From positions 1 to 61,132 of IMG/VR virus record IMGVR_UViG_3300014157_000001: a stretch of DNA of 61,132 nt; one strand, written 5' to 3'. Made by a program: the position numbers and the translations under genes. The stretch is from a virus (taxonomy: Duplodnaviria; Caudoviricetes). The notes below the pieces were generated by a model, which worked only from the letters and a program-made list of their open reading frames with translations, did not search any database and was not told the origin of the DNA. Positions 46,824-56,214 of the stretch are shown one piece after another (positions within the stretch are counted from its first letter, which is position 1; every line of letters begins with the position of its first letter).

Positions 46824-47600
46824 TCAGGCGGCGTCGGGTCGGGCGTAGCCCATCTTTTCGGCGAGCTTGCGGGCGCGGGCCTTCGCGTCGTCCTTCGACG
46901 GCGTCTGACGGCCCGGTGTGCCGCCTGCTGGGGCACCGCCGGGGGCCGGGGGCAGCGTGGACGGTGCGGCCGGGGGCTTGGCGCCGAAGAGTTCGGGGCG
47001 GCGTTCCTTCAGCTTGGCCGCAGCCTCGCTGACCGCCTGCTCGTCGGCGTCGGGCTGGTTGCGGAGGTCGCGGTCCAGCATGGCAAGCGCGTCCTGAAGG
47101 TTCGGGGCGTCGTCGCTGTCGACCGCGCCGAGACGGCCCAGGGTGCGCTCGCGGACCAGCGCGCGCTGCGCCTCGGCCATCTGCGCCTTCTCCTGGTCCA
47201 GCTTGCGGCGGTCCTCTTCCAGCTCCTGGCGGCGCTTCTCCTCCTCCGACAGGGCGTCCTGCTTCGCCTTGCGGGCCTCGGCGATGAACGCCTTCGCGTC
47301 GTCGACGTTGGTGAAGCCGTGCTCGGCGGCGAACTCCTCGAGGGCCTTGCGGGCGCCGGCGCGTTCGCCCTGCGCCTTCTCCTTCGCGGCGATCCGCTCG
47401 AGGTCGTCCTGCGTGAATGACCCGGCCGGGGGCGTGGACGGCGGGGGGCCTGGCTTGGGCGGGGTGGGGGCGGGAGGCTGTGCCGGGTCGTCGCCGCCGT
47501 CGGCGTGGAACACGGCCAGTGCTCCGACACCCGCATACGGGTGGGCCCAGGCGCCGTGCGCGGCGGTACGGAGGGGGTGGTGCTGCGTGGGGCGACGCAT
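46824..47600 (-). CDS. capsid scaffolding protein
   Basis: FTQDDLERI, coiled coil, LKERRPELFG. Confidence 0.8.
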   Translation of the reverse strand: MRRPTQHHPLRTAAHGAWAHPYAGVGALAVFHADGGDDPAQPPAPTPPKPGPPPSTPPAGSFTQDDLERIAAKEKAQGERAGARKALEEFAAEHGFTNVDDAKAFIAEARKAKQDALSEEEKRRQELEEDRRKLDQEKAQMAEAQRALVRERTLGRLGAVDSDDAPNLQDALAMLDRDLRNQPDADEQAVSEAAAKLKERRPELFGAKPPAAPSTLPPAPGGAPAGGTPGRQTPSKDDAKARARKLAEKMGYARPDAA

Positions 47601-47622
47601 CTGCTCAAGTCCTCCCAGACTC

Positions 47623-47646
47623 GATCGACTTCCAGGCCCCGCGCCT
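47623..47646 (-). promoter_or_regulatory. late-transcript 5' motif copy (scaffold)
   Basis: AGGCGCGGGGCCTGGAAGTCGATC, identical to 49595-49618. Confidence 0.7.
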
Positions 47647-47668
47647 GAGATCAAGTGCAGCACAGAAA

Positions 47669-49579
47669 TCACGGAGTGTTCCCCCCGCTCCCCTGCGCCG
47701 GGTCTTCGCCGTCCGGGTTCTGTGCCGGGTCGCTGCCGTTGTCGAGGGCGAGTTGCTGCCCCGCGGGCGGGAGAACCACGGGCGGGGTGTCCGGCTCGTC
47801 GGGGGCCTCACGACCGAGGAAGCCGGCGACCTCGTCGACGTTGCCGAGCGCGTCCGCAAGGTTCCGGGCGGCGGCGAAGGCGCGGGACTGGATGCGTTCG
47901 ATCTCTTCGGCAACGTCGTCGATGGGGAACCCGGCCTCCATCAGCATCTTCACCGCGGTCTCCAGGGAGAGGACGCCATCGCCTCCGTCGTAGCCGGTGG
48001 AGACCTGCTCCAGGACCGCGGCCTTGTCCGTCGGCGTGTACGGGCCGAAGACGAGCTGCGCGGGCAGGACCTGGATGCCCGTCCAGTCGGGATGCTGTCC
48101 GGCGAGGTGGAGGCGCTGCACCATCTTCAGCAGCAGGCTGTACTTGTGGGCGCGGGCCAGCCGCATCGAGGAGACGAGCGCGTCGAGGGGGCCGAGCGTG
48201 AGCTCCATCGCGTACCCGGACGGCACCTTGGAGGGGTCCAGCGTGCCGAGGGTGACGGCGGGCAGGCGGGCGTTGGTGGAGGCCCGGTCGGCGAGGTCGT
48301 GACGCTGCTCGCGCAGTTCCCGCAGCGCGGCCGACGTGTCGATGGTGGTCAGCTTGCCGTTCTCGGGGAGCTTCCATATCTGGCCGGGGCCGACGTCGTA
48401 CTGGGTGCGGGCGTCGGCCCCGGAGATCCCGACCATGGGCAGGCCGGTCGTCGCGGCGGCGCGCGCCGAGTCGGTGTCGGCGCCTTGGAGTTCGTCGAAG
48501 ACCTGCAGCACCTTCGCCAAGGACGATTGGCCCCAGTGTTCTTCGGCGCCGGGGACGGTGTTGGGTACGTGGACGACCGGGATGAAGTCGAGCATCAAAT
48601 CGAGGCGGTCGAGGACTTCGCCGTCGGAGCGGGTCGCGAACTGCGCCTTGGCGAGCGGCAGATCATCAACGTCGACGGGGCCCTTGAGGTCGCCCAACTC
48701 CCAGGTGGCGTCCGTCAGGTAGCAGGTGTACGCGGACGGCTGGTCGTTCCACGAATACACGCGGGTGACGGCCCCGGACTCCACGTTGACAGTGTCACCA
48801 GATCCGAGGGTGGGCTCGAGCTGCCCGTCGGGGCCCTCCACGGTGACGGGAGCCCGTACAGCCCTCCCCTGCTCGTCGACGCCGGCCGCGGTCGCCGGGC
48901 CGATCGGCGCGAGCTCGTAGGTGATGCGGCGCAGCCGTGCCTTCAGCTGCCGCTTGGGGTCCTCGGGGAGCTCCCACGCGAAGTGGACGCGGTCAGGGAA
49001 CTCGCCGTCGCCGTCCTCGGGCAGGACGGGGAAGTAGAAGCCGGGGTCGACGGCGCGGACGGTGGCGCGCTGCTTGGCGGGATCCCAGGCAAGCCGGTAC
49101 ACACCGTCCCCGAGGGAGACGGCCTTGCGCTCGGTCTGCTGCACCCTCATGGGCAGCAGTTCGGTCTCCGCCCACTCCCGCAACAGGTCCTGCACCCGTG
49201 CCGCGGCCACCGTGTCGGGACTGTTCCCCTGGCCGCCGCTGTCGTCGTCCGCACCCGTGACGGTGATGTGCTGCTCGCGGCCCAGGACGTGCGCCATCAC
49301 GGTGTCGATGAACATGGCGGGGTCGCCGAACTCACGCCGCTCGCGGGCCTGCGAGTCGAGGATCCCGGCGAGCTCGGCGGACTGGTTCTGGTCGTAGGCG
49401 GCGAGCAGCTTGTACGCGGCGAGGCGGCGTTCGTCGGCGGCGGGCACCCAGGAGGCGGCGGCCTCGGGGAACGCGCGCCGGTTCGGCATGCCGCGTGCCT
49501 CGTCGGCGAACACCGGCTTGTAGTTCAGCCAGCTCCAGCCGTCGATGACGACGCGGCGCATACCGGCGATGAGGCCCAC
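47669..49579 (-). CDS. portal protein
   Basis: 636 aa after terL; LGDGVYRLAWD, FIPVVHVPN, WGQSSL, PSGYAMEL. Confidence 0.88.
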   Translation of the reverse strand: MGLIAGMRRVVIDGWSWLNYKPVFADEARGMPNRRAFPEAAASWVPAADERRLAAYKLLAAYDQNQSAELAGILDSQARERREFGDPAMFIDTVMAHVLGREQHITVTGADDDSGGQGNSPDTVAAARVQDLLREWAETELLPMRVQQTERKAVSLGDGVYRLAWDPAKQRATVRAVDPGFYFPVLPEDGDGEFPDRVHFAWELPEDPKRQLKARLRRITYELAPIGPATAAGVDEQGRAVRAPVTVEGPDGQLEPTLGSGDTVNVESGAVTRVYSWNDQPSAYTCYLTDATWELGDLKGPVDVDDLPLAKAQFATRSDGEVLDRLDLMLDFIPVVHVPNTVPGAEEHWGQSSLAKVLQVFDELQGADTDSARAAATTGLPMVGISGADARTQYDVGPGQIWKLPENGKLTTIDTSAALRELREQRHDLADRASTNARLPAVTLGTLDPSKVPSGYAMELTLGPLDALVSSMRLARAHKYSLLLKMVQRLHLAGQHPDWTGIQVLPAQLVFGPYTPTDKAAVLEQVSTGYDGGDGVLSLETAVKMLMEAGFPIDDVAEEIERIQSRAFAAARNLADALGNVDEVAGFLGREAPDEPDTPPVVLPPAGQQLALDNGSDPAQNPDGEDPAQGSGGNTP

Positions 49580-49594
49580 AGCAGTCCTTCCGCT

Positions 49595-49618
49595 GATCGA
49601 CTTCCAGGCCCCGCGCCT
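49595..49618 (-). promoter_or_regulatory. late-transcript 5' motif copy (portal)
   Basis: TACGCT-N7-AGGCGCGGGGCCTGGAAGTCGATC. Confidence 0.7.
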
Positions 49619-49666
49619 AACGATCAGCGTACGGGCGTAGAGCCTGGCCGTTCCCCCTGCCCGGGG

Positions 49667-51235
49667 TCAGCGGCGGCCGCGGAGCCGGTTGTCGGCATAC
49701 GACGTGACGCCGGTGCCCATGGCGGACGGGTCGGCGAGCTCAGTGAGCGCGTGCACAGCGGCGTCCATTCTGTCGGGGCTGTCCATGCCGGGCAGCCACG
49801 TCACCATCTGGGTTTCCAGCTGCGGGAACTCTGCTGTGTGGTGGACGAGACCCACTTCGTAAAGTTGGGCGATCGGCTCCGCGCGGAGCCTCTTGCCCTT
49901 CTTCGCGGTGACCTCCACGATCCGCGGCATCACCGCGCCCTTCGTCTCCCCGTTGCGCTCCAGTTCGGCCCACGCCTGCACGACTGTCTGTTTGGCCATG
50001 TCGCCGCCGTAGTTGCTCTCCACGACGATCGCGTCCGCATCCAGTTGCAGCGCGAGGAGGCAGGTCTCGCGGCCGCGACCCTCCGCGGAATGCTTGGCGG
50101 TGCGGTCGGCGAGGACGTAGTACTGCCCGTCGGACGAGCGGCCTGCGGCGACGATGCCGGATTCGTCGTGGCCGGGGGTGTCGCCGCCGGCGGGGTCGAG
50201 GGCGACGACAACGCGGGTGAGGTCGACGGCGCGGAACGCGATCGGGTCGATGCGGTTCTTGGTGATCCAGTCCCATTCCCAGACGCCGCCTGCGAGCGGT
50301 CGGGGCTGCTGCTGGTAGAGGGCCCACCAGACGCGTTCACCGACGGCGCGGTGGGTGCGGGCGAGTTCGTCTGCGTCGTACTGCTCGGGCCACAGGGCTT
50401 CGCCGACCTGCCGGCCGAGGGGGTCGTCGTCGGACAGGGCGAGGGCGGGGAGATCGATGAGTGTCCAGTTCTCCGGTTCGGTCGCAAGGATGCGGCCGGA
50501 AAGATCATCTTCGTGCCACCTCGTGTTGATCAAGATAATCGAGGCGCCCGGAGCACGGCGGGTGTAGAAGACGGACTGGTACCAGTTCCACACGCGTTCG
50601 CGCTGCGTCGGGGAGTTGGCGTCGTCGGAGCCCTTGAACGGGTCGTCGATAATGCCGAGCGAAAATCCCTTTCCATTCAAAGATCCACCGACGCCGGCGG
50701 TGACCATGCCGCCGCGTACGGACGAGCCGCGGGGCTGCTCGAGGTCGAAGCGGTTCGCGGCGCGGGACCCGTCGTCGAGACGGACCCCGAGAGTCGGGGC
50801 GTACTCCCGAAGTTGGTCACGGACCCAGCGGCCGTGGTCGTCGGCGAGTTCAGCGCCGTACGAGGCGAGCATGACGCGCGCCGTCGGATGACGGCGCAAA
50901 TACCACAAAGGCCCCCATCTAGAGGCTCTTTGGGACTTTCCGTGACGAGGTGGGCAAGTAATCATCACCTGCATGCGCTCACCTGCGGCGATACGCATGA
51001 ACACGTCGTCGATCATGTCGAGGTGGCGGGCCTGCTTCTCCCGACCCTCGGTCAGCACGGCGGCGAGCGCCCCCGGGGAGCGGTCCATCGCCATCTGCCG
51101 TTCCACCCAGGCGAGACGCAGCCGGAGTTCAGGGCTGGCCTGGGCGGCGATGTGGCGCCGCTCGCTGGCGGGGAGGGTGCGGTAGTGGGCGAGCAGCGCG
51201 TCCTCGACAGGAGCGTCACTGATCGCTGTGGCCAC
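49667..51235 (-). CDS. terL: terminase large subunit
   Basis: CPPRHGKS, IIDDPFK, NTRWHEDDL, ALDPAG...DESGIV, PDRMDA. Confidence 0.95.
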   Translation of the reverse strand: MATAISDAPVEDALLAHYRTLPASERRHIAAQASPELRLRLAWVERQMAMDRSPGALAAVLTEGREKQARHLDMIDDVFMRIAAGERMQVMITCPPRHGKSQRASRWGPLWYLRRHPTARVMLASYGAELADDHGRWVRDQLREYAPTLGVRLDDGSRAANRFDLEQPRGSSVRGGMVTAGVGGSLNGKGFSLGIIDDPFKGSDDANSPTQRERVWNWYQSVFYTRRAPGASIILINTRWHEDDLSGRILATEPENWTLIDLPALALSDDDPLGRQVGEALWPEQYDADELARTHRAVGERVWWALYQQQPRPLAGGVWEWDWITKNRIDPIAFRAVDLTRVVVALDPAGGDTPGHDESGIVAAGRSSDGQYYVLADRTAKHSAEGRGRETCLLALQLDADAIVVESNYGGDMAKQTVVQAWAELERNGETKGAVMPRIVEVTAKKGKRLRAEPIAQLYEVGLVHHTAEFPQLETQMVTWLPGMDSPDRMDAAVHALTELADPSAMGTGVTSYADNRLRGRR

Positions 51236-51761
51236 CGGCGTCCTCTCCCCCGGTCTCTGCGGGGAGCGTGCCGTCCGCCCCGGCCGGCCCCGCGAATCCG
51301 ATGAGGGCGTTCAGCTCGTTGAGGGTGCCTGTGCCGAGGGGGACGGCGCCGCCGTCGGGTCCGGACACTTCGGTCTTCACGGGGCTGTCGAGGCCGTTGA
51401 GTTTGGCGCGGCGGTCCATCAACCGGAGGACGGTGTCGACGGCCCGCATGTCGAGCTCCTCGCCGATGACCTGCCCGTCCTTGGAGAACACGGGGCTGGG
51501 GGTGGTGGCGCGGGGCCATGCGGCTTCGAGGAGCGCGTCCAGGCGCTCGTTTTCCTGCTGACGGTAGACGGAGACTTCGGCTGCCTCTTCGTCGCGGTGG
51601 AGTTCGAGGGCGCGGGCGACGTCTTTGCGGGCGGCGTTGGTGCTGGCGTAGCCGAGGTTGAGGATGCGTTCGTCGTCGTAGCGGATGCCTTGGCGGCGTA
51701 GGCGGAGGAGTTCGGTGCGGCGGACTCGGGTTTGGTCCATTTTGAGGCGGTTCGCTGGCAT
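51216..51761 (-). CDS. terS: terminase small subunit
   Basis: LRLRRQGIRY HTH, ERLDALL, MDRRAKLNGLDSPVKTEVSGPDGG. Confidence 0.85.
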   Translation of the reverse strand: MPANRLKMDQTRVRRTELLRLRRQGIRYDDERILNLGYASTNAARKDVARALELHRDEEAAEVSVYRQQENERLDALLEAAWPRATTPSPVFSKDGQVIGEELDMRAVDTVLRLMDRRAKLNGLDSPVKTEVSGPDGGAVPLGTGTLNELNALIGFAGPAGADGTLPAETGGEDAGGHSDQ

Positions 51762-51790
51762 GGCGGTGGGGCTCCCGCTGTGTCGTCGTG

Positions 51791-51807
51791 TTCCAGGCCC
51801 CGCGCCT
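51791..51807 (-). promoter_or_regulatory. late-transcript 5' motif copy (terS)
   Basis: GATCAT-N7-AGGCGCGGGGCCTGGAA. Confidence 0.65.
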
Positions 51808-51890
51808 ATCTCTGATGATCGCCGATTGTCGTGCGGGTGTTCCCCCTGCCCGCGCCGGGTTGGGCATCCCGACGGTGCGGTGACGGCATG

Positions 51891-51931
51891 AAGTAGCCCC
51901 ACCGTCGGGGGGGGTGACGGTGGGGCTACTT
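51891..51931. terminator. strong hairpin separating tra region from late genes
   Basis: perfect 16-bp IR AAGTAGCCCCACCGTC / GACGGTGGGGCTACTT. Confidence 0.7.
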
Positions 51932-52115
51932 GGGCTCGGGCGTGGCCCTGGGGGTGGATGCCGGGGCCCGAGCGGTTCTGGGTGGGTAACGAGTGGGGGT
52001 GGGGTTGTGGCACGGCCCGCGACGATGGGGGCGCGGGGGTTGCTCCCTCGTCGCGGGCTGTGCCTGTTCAGGATGGGGCACGATCGCGTGTTTGTCCGAG
52101 GCGCTATCCCCCGGG

Positions 52116-52784
52116 CTACTGCCAGGGGGCGCGGCCGCCGTTCATCCACTGCGCGGTGTCGTTGCCGTCGAAGAGGACGACGCCGAGCTGCCCGGCCTGC
52201 TCGACGGCTTCCTTCGTGTAGCCGCTGCTGGTGACGATGGCGGCGCCCGTGCAGCCGGCCAGGTGGGCGGCGCCGACGGTCGCGCGGACGGTTTCGCCGT
52301 CGACGTTGTTCTTGGCCTTGTACCGCTTGAACTGCAGGAGCCAGCGCTGGCCGTTGACGAGGCGGACCCGGCCGTCGCATCCGCGGTCGCCGCTCTTGCC
52401 GGTGGGTACGGCTTCGACGACGCCGGGGGTCTTGCGGGCGGCCTGGATGCCGGCTTCCTCGAAGCGGGTCCAGTGCAGGTTCTGGAGCTTGGCGGCGGTG
52501 GCGTGTCGGGGTATCGCGGCCTGTTTGGGCAGGTGGGCGGCGGCCTTGTCGAGGCGTCGGAAGAGGGTGTTGAGGCGCTGCGGGTGGGTCTAGTTGAGGA
52601 TGGCGGCCAGGATCGGCAGCAGGATCAGTAAGGCGAGTACGGCGATGGTCTGGCCGGGCCAGGTGACGAAGGCGAAGTAGCCGATGAGGAGGCTGATGCC
52701 GAGTCCGCTCCAGGTGATGCGGGGCAGGCGGCTGCGCCGGGCACGGACGGGGGCGGGGCGGCGTACGGGCTGCTGGATGGCCAT
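52116..52784 (-). pseudogene. membrane-anchored Mrr-family nuclease interrupted by in-frame TAG at 52590-52592
   Basis: two TMs, AAC TAG ACC, then same frame RFEE...GKSGDRGCDG...LQFKRY...AIVTSSGYTKEA...LFDG. Confidence 0.8.
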
Positions 52785-52793
52785 GCGGGGTCC

Positions 52794-53348
52794 TTAGAGG
52801 TTGGTGGAGTGGTCGTGGTCGTTGCGGACCCACACGCCGCTGCTCTTGTGCTCGTGGGTGGAGTGGTCCTGGTGGACGACGGCACCGTCGAAGTGCTGGT
52901 GGATCGTCGGCGGGGCGGCTTCGACGACATCTCTCGCGGAGCCGAGGAGGGACTTGACGGCGAGTGCGATGCCGATGACGCCGCCGGCAATGGCGCCGAT
53001 GACTTTGAAGTTGGCGAGGCTGGTCCCCCACATGGCGAGGGCGAAGCCGCCGCCGATGAGGGGGGCGGCGATGCCGACGGCGAGGATGAGGCCGGTGGCG
53101 TCGGCGGCTTTCTGGCTCATGGGGGCGCGGCCCGGCTGCATGACGGGCGGGGCGGTTCCGATCTGCGGCGTCTCGGTGGGGTCTTTGTAGAAGGTGGGGA
53201 TGCGCGGGGTCTGTTCTGCGGCGATGCGCTGGGCGGCGTCCTGCATGGCGGTTTCGATGGAGTGCAAGAGGTCGTTGGCGGTGGTGTCGACGTGGGGCTG
53301 CCCGGCCTTGGGGGCGGTGGGCTGTGTCGGGTCGGGCAGGCGGTTCAC
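52794..53348 (-). CDS. Spd-like membrane protein
   Basis: two TM segments, downstream of traB; PPTIHQHFDG. Confidence 0.65.
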   Translation of the reverse strand: MNRLPDPTQPTAPKAGQPHVDTTANDLLHSIETAMQDAAQRIAAEQTPRIPTFYKDPTETPQIGTAPPVMQPGRAPMSQKAADATGLILAVGIAAPLIGGGFALAMWGTSLANFKVIGAIAGGVIGIALAVKSLLGSARDVVEAAPPTIHQHFDGAVVHQDHSTHEHKSSGVWVRNDHDHSTNL

Positions 53349-53374
53349 GGGCGGGTGTCTCCTTCAGGGGTGGG

Positions 53375-55699
53375 CTAGTTGGCGATTCGGTAGGTGCCGC
53401 GGCGGCCTCCGGGGGCGACGGCGCCCTCGTCGTGGAGTTCGCCCATGGCGTTGTTGACGCTGCCTGCGGCGACGTCGTGGAGGCGGTGGCGGACGTCCTT
53501 GAGGGCCCAGATCTGGCCGTCGGCGAGGAGGTCGAGGATGCGGTCCTTGATGGTGCCCGTGGACGGCTCGTCGTCGTCTTCGTCGTCTTCATCGAGGTCG
53601 ATCCCGAGGCGGGCGAGTTCGTCCTTGGCGACGGTCTGCGCGGCGTCGGCCGCGTTGTCGATGCCCTCCGCGGTGTCTCCGCCGGCGAGGAGTTCCTCGG
53701 CGAAGGCGAGCCACTTCGCGTAGGACATCTGGAAGACGGCGTCTTCCTCGGGGGTCAGACGCGGGATGGGCCGGGACTCCATGAGCGCGATGAGACCGGG
53801 GTAGGTCTTGTTCTCCTTGCGGGCGAACCAGGTCCGGCTAAGGAACACGCTGCCGCCCTGAATGATGTTGGCCATGCCCGCAGTGATCGGGCCGTTCTTG
53901 GCTTCCTTGCCTTCGAACGCAGCGTCAAGAGCGTTACCGCTCCCGGTGTTGAAGTACCGCGGGATCGGCTCGGGGTAGACGCCGGGCGGGAGGACTCCAT
54001 CGGTGGCCATGTGCTTGGTCGTGGAGGAGTTGGTGCGGCCGAGCCACACGGTGCCGTTCTTGCCGTTGGCGCGGATGCGGTCCTTGTCGCCGAGGTCGGC
54101 GAGGTGGATGGACTGGGCGGCGAAGCGGATGCCCTTGCCGAGCTTGCGGCCGGTGGACTGGTTGTCGCCAACGAGGCCGGTGACCCACTTCCTAAAGGGG
54201 CGGGGCACGGTGGCGTCGGCGGACAGGATGCGGTTGAGCTCGTCGAGGGTGTCGTTGGCGATCCGCCACGGCTTGCCGGGTTCGAAGGATCCCCAGCCGT
54301 TGGCGGCGCTGATCTTCTCTCGGTACTTGCCGAGGTCGTTGGAGGCGGCGAGCGTCGCAGCGGTCGCGGCGATGCCCTTTCCGAAGTGGTAGATACGGCC
54401 ATCGGCCTCAGGCAGGCTCATGCCGTCCTGCGCGTCCGCGGCGATGGACACGATGCCGTTGATGCGTTCGGCGGCAAGCAGGGTGAGGAGGCTGACGGAC
54501 TTGCCGCCGCCGGGTGCGGCGACGTACAGGTCCGTGACGGCGCCCATGTCAGGGTCGTACAGGGGGACGCGGGCCTGTCGGCCGTCGGGGCGCAGACCGA
54601 TGGCGATGGTGCCCGCCTCGTCCATCGTGAGGTCTTCGATGGTGGCCTCGCGGAGCGCCACCAGCGGGTGCGTCTTGTAGATGGAGATGAGGCCGTCGCC
54701 GAGGCCGTCGGTTTCGACCATGACGAGGGAGGCGTCGGCCATCTCGAGGGCGCGGGCGATGAGTTTCTGGTTGAGCTGGATGAGTTGCCCCTCGGGGGCG
54801 CTGGTGCGGTAGGCGACGCGGTTCTCGTCGGCGCGGTAGCCGCGCAGGATCATTCCTTCGGTGGGGCCGCCCTTGCGGGCGAGCTTCTCGTTCCACCAGC
54901 GTTCGGCGGGGTGGACGGCCTGCTGCTCCAGGCGCGGGAGGCCCGGCTTGGCGGTGAGGAGTTTGCGGCCGGTGCCGGAGCCCTGGATGTTCTGGAGTTC
55001 GACGGTGCCCGGGGGCAGGTCGAAGATGGCGGCGAGCGCGTCGGCGTTCAGGGTGGGGGCTTCGTCGCCGGCTTCGGCGATGACGATGCCCCAAAAGTCG
55101 GGCAGGAGTTCGCCGGTGGCGGGGTGGGCGTACTGGGTGACGCCGGTCAGCAGACTGTTGCCGGTCTTCTTGGAGATGGCCCACTGGTGGCTGCGGTAGT
55201 CGGCGTAGGTCTGCGGGACCGGCGTGGGCGCCGCCTCGAGCGCCGGGGCGGCGGTGGGGAGCTGTTCGGGGATGAGGTCGGCGGCGTGGGTGATCGGGGT
55301 TGTGTAGGCCATGACGCCGCCCCAGGCGGGGCCGAGGAGGTACTCCCACCAGGCGCTGCCGGGGGTGAGGAGGGCTCCCAGGTAGGCGCCCGATGCGGTG
55401 AGGGAAGGAGTAATGATCTCTGCGGTCTTCAGGAGGCGCCAGCCGATCGGCTCGGTCTCCCATGCCCCCCACAGCAGCCAGGAGGCGAGTCCACCCAGCG
55501 CTGCCGCGCCAACGTGGGCGGGCCAATAGTCGGTCTGCGGGCCGATGGTCACGCCGAGCGCCATCACGCCGTAGGTGAGGCGTTCCAGGCGCTTGCGGCG
55601 GCGCAGGGTGCGGGCGGACACGATCCGCGGCGTACGGGCGTCCGGCTGGGGCAGGGGGGCGATGAGTGGCGTCTGGGTGGGCTTGGTCAGGGAGGCCAC
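53375..55699 (-). CDS. traB: TraB-type FtsK/SpoIIIE-like conjugative DNA translocase
   Basis: N-terminal TMs, Walker A AAPGGGKS, LDELN, GRKLGKGIRFAAQ, C-terminal wHTH. Confidence 0.85.
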   Translation of the reverse strand: MASLTKPTQTPLIAPLPQPDARTPRIVSARTLRRRKRLERLTYGVMALGVTIGPQTDYWPAHVGAAALGGLASWLLWGAWETEPIGWRLLKTAEIITPSLTASGAYLGALLTPGSAWWEYLLGPAWGGVMAYTTPITHAADLIPEQLPTAAPALEAAPTPVPQTYADYRSHQWAISKKTGNSLLTGVTQYAHPATGELLPDFWGIVIAEAGDEAPTLNADALAAIFDLPPGTVELQNIQGSGTGRKLLTAKPGLPRLEQQAVHPAERWWNEKLARKGGPTEGMILRGYRADENRVAYRTSAPEGQLIQLNQKLIARALEMADASLVMVETDGLGDGLISIYKTHPLVALREATIEDLTMDEAGTIAIGLRPDGRQARVPLYDPDMGAVTDLYVAAPGGGKSVSLLTLLAAERINGIVSIAADAQDGMSLPEADGRIYHFGKGIAATAATLAASNDLGKYREKISAANGWGSFEPGKPWRIANDTLDELNRILSADATVPRPFRKWVTGLVGDNQSTGRKLGKGIRFAAQSIHLADLGDKDRIRANGKNGTVWLGRTNSSTTKHMATDGVLPPGVYPEPIPRYFNTGSGNALDAAFEGKEAKNGPITAGMANIIQGGSVFLSRTWFARKENKTYPGLIALMESRPIPRLTPEEDAVFQMSYAKWLAFAEELLAGGDTAEGIDNAADAAQTVAKDELARLGIDLDEDDEDDDEPSTGTIKDRILDLLADGQIWALKDVRHRLHDVAAGSVNNAMGELHDEGAVAPGGRRGTYRIAN

Positions 55700-55729
55700 G
55701 GGCCGTGTCCTTTCCGTGAGTCGGGTGGG

Positions 55730-56203
55730 TTAGGGAACCTTGTTGAAGCCGGGCTTGGGCTGCTCGTACGGGGACGCCTGGACGGCCTCGTAGATGCCGC
55801 CGTACTCGCTGTCGTGGGCGTCCTTGACGAACTGGGCGTTCATTTCCATCTGGTCGGCGGCGTCGGCGAGTTCACCGGAGGCCTGCGCGACGCGTTCGAA
55901 CGCGGCGGCGACCTCGAGGGCCTGGACCTGAAAGACGGGGTCGACGCCGGCCTGGCCAAGCTGTTCGGCGAGGTGCCGGGCCCGGGTCGCGTCCTGGTGC
56001 ATGCGGGCCTTGAGAAGGTGCAGTTGCTCCTTCAGCAGGGCGGCGGCGGTCACGAGTGCCGTAATGCGGGCGGCGAGGGTGATGAAGTTGAGGACGCCGT
56101 CGACGGCGTCGCGCCAGCCCATCCTGGCGGGCTGATGCTGCTGTTCCATATCGGATCCGCTGTGCACGGAGGTCGGCTCGATCGCCTTGCTGTCGTCGCT
56201 CAT
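55730..56203 (-). CDS. transfer-region helical protein
   Basis: helical hairpin, HDSEYGGIYEAVQAS...PKPGF; immediately upstream of traB. Confidence 0.7.
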   Translation of the reverse strand: MSDDSKAIEPTSVHSGSDMEQQHQPARMGWRDAVDGVLNFITLAARITALVTAAALLKEQLHLLKARMHQDATRARHLAEQLGQAGVDPVFQVQALEVAAAFERVAQASGELADAADQMEMNAQFVKDAHDSEYGGIYEAVQASPYEQPKPGFNKVP

Positions 56204-56214
56204 AGCGGGCCGCC

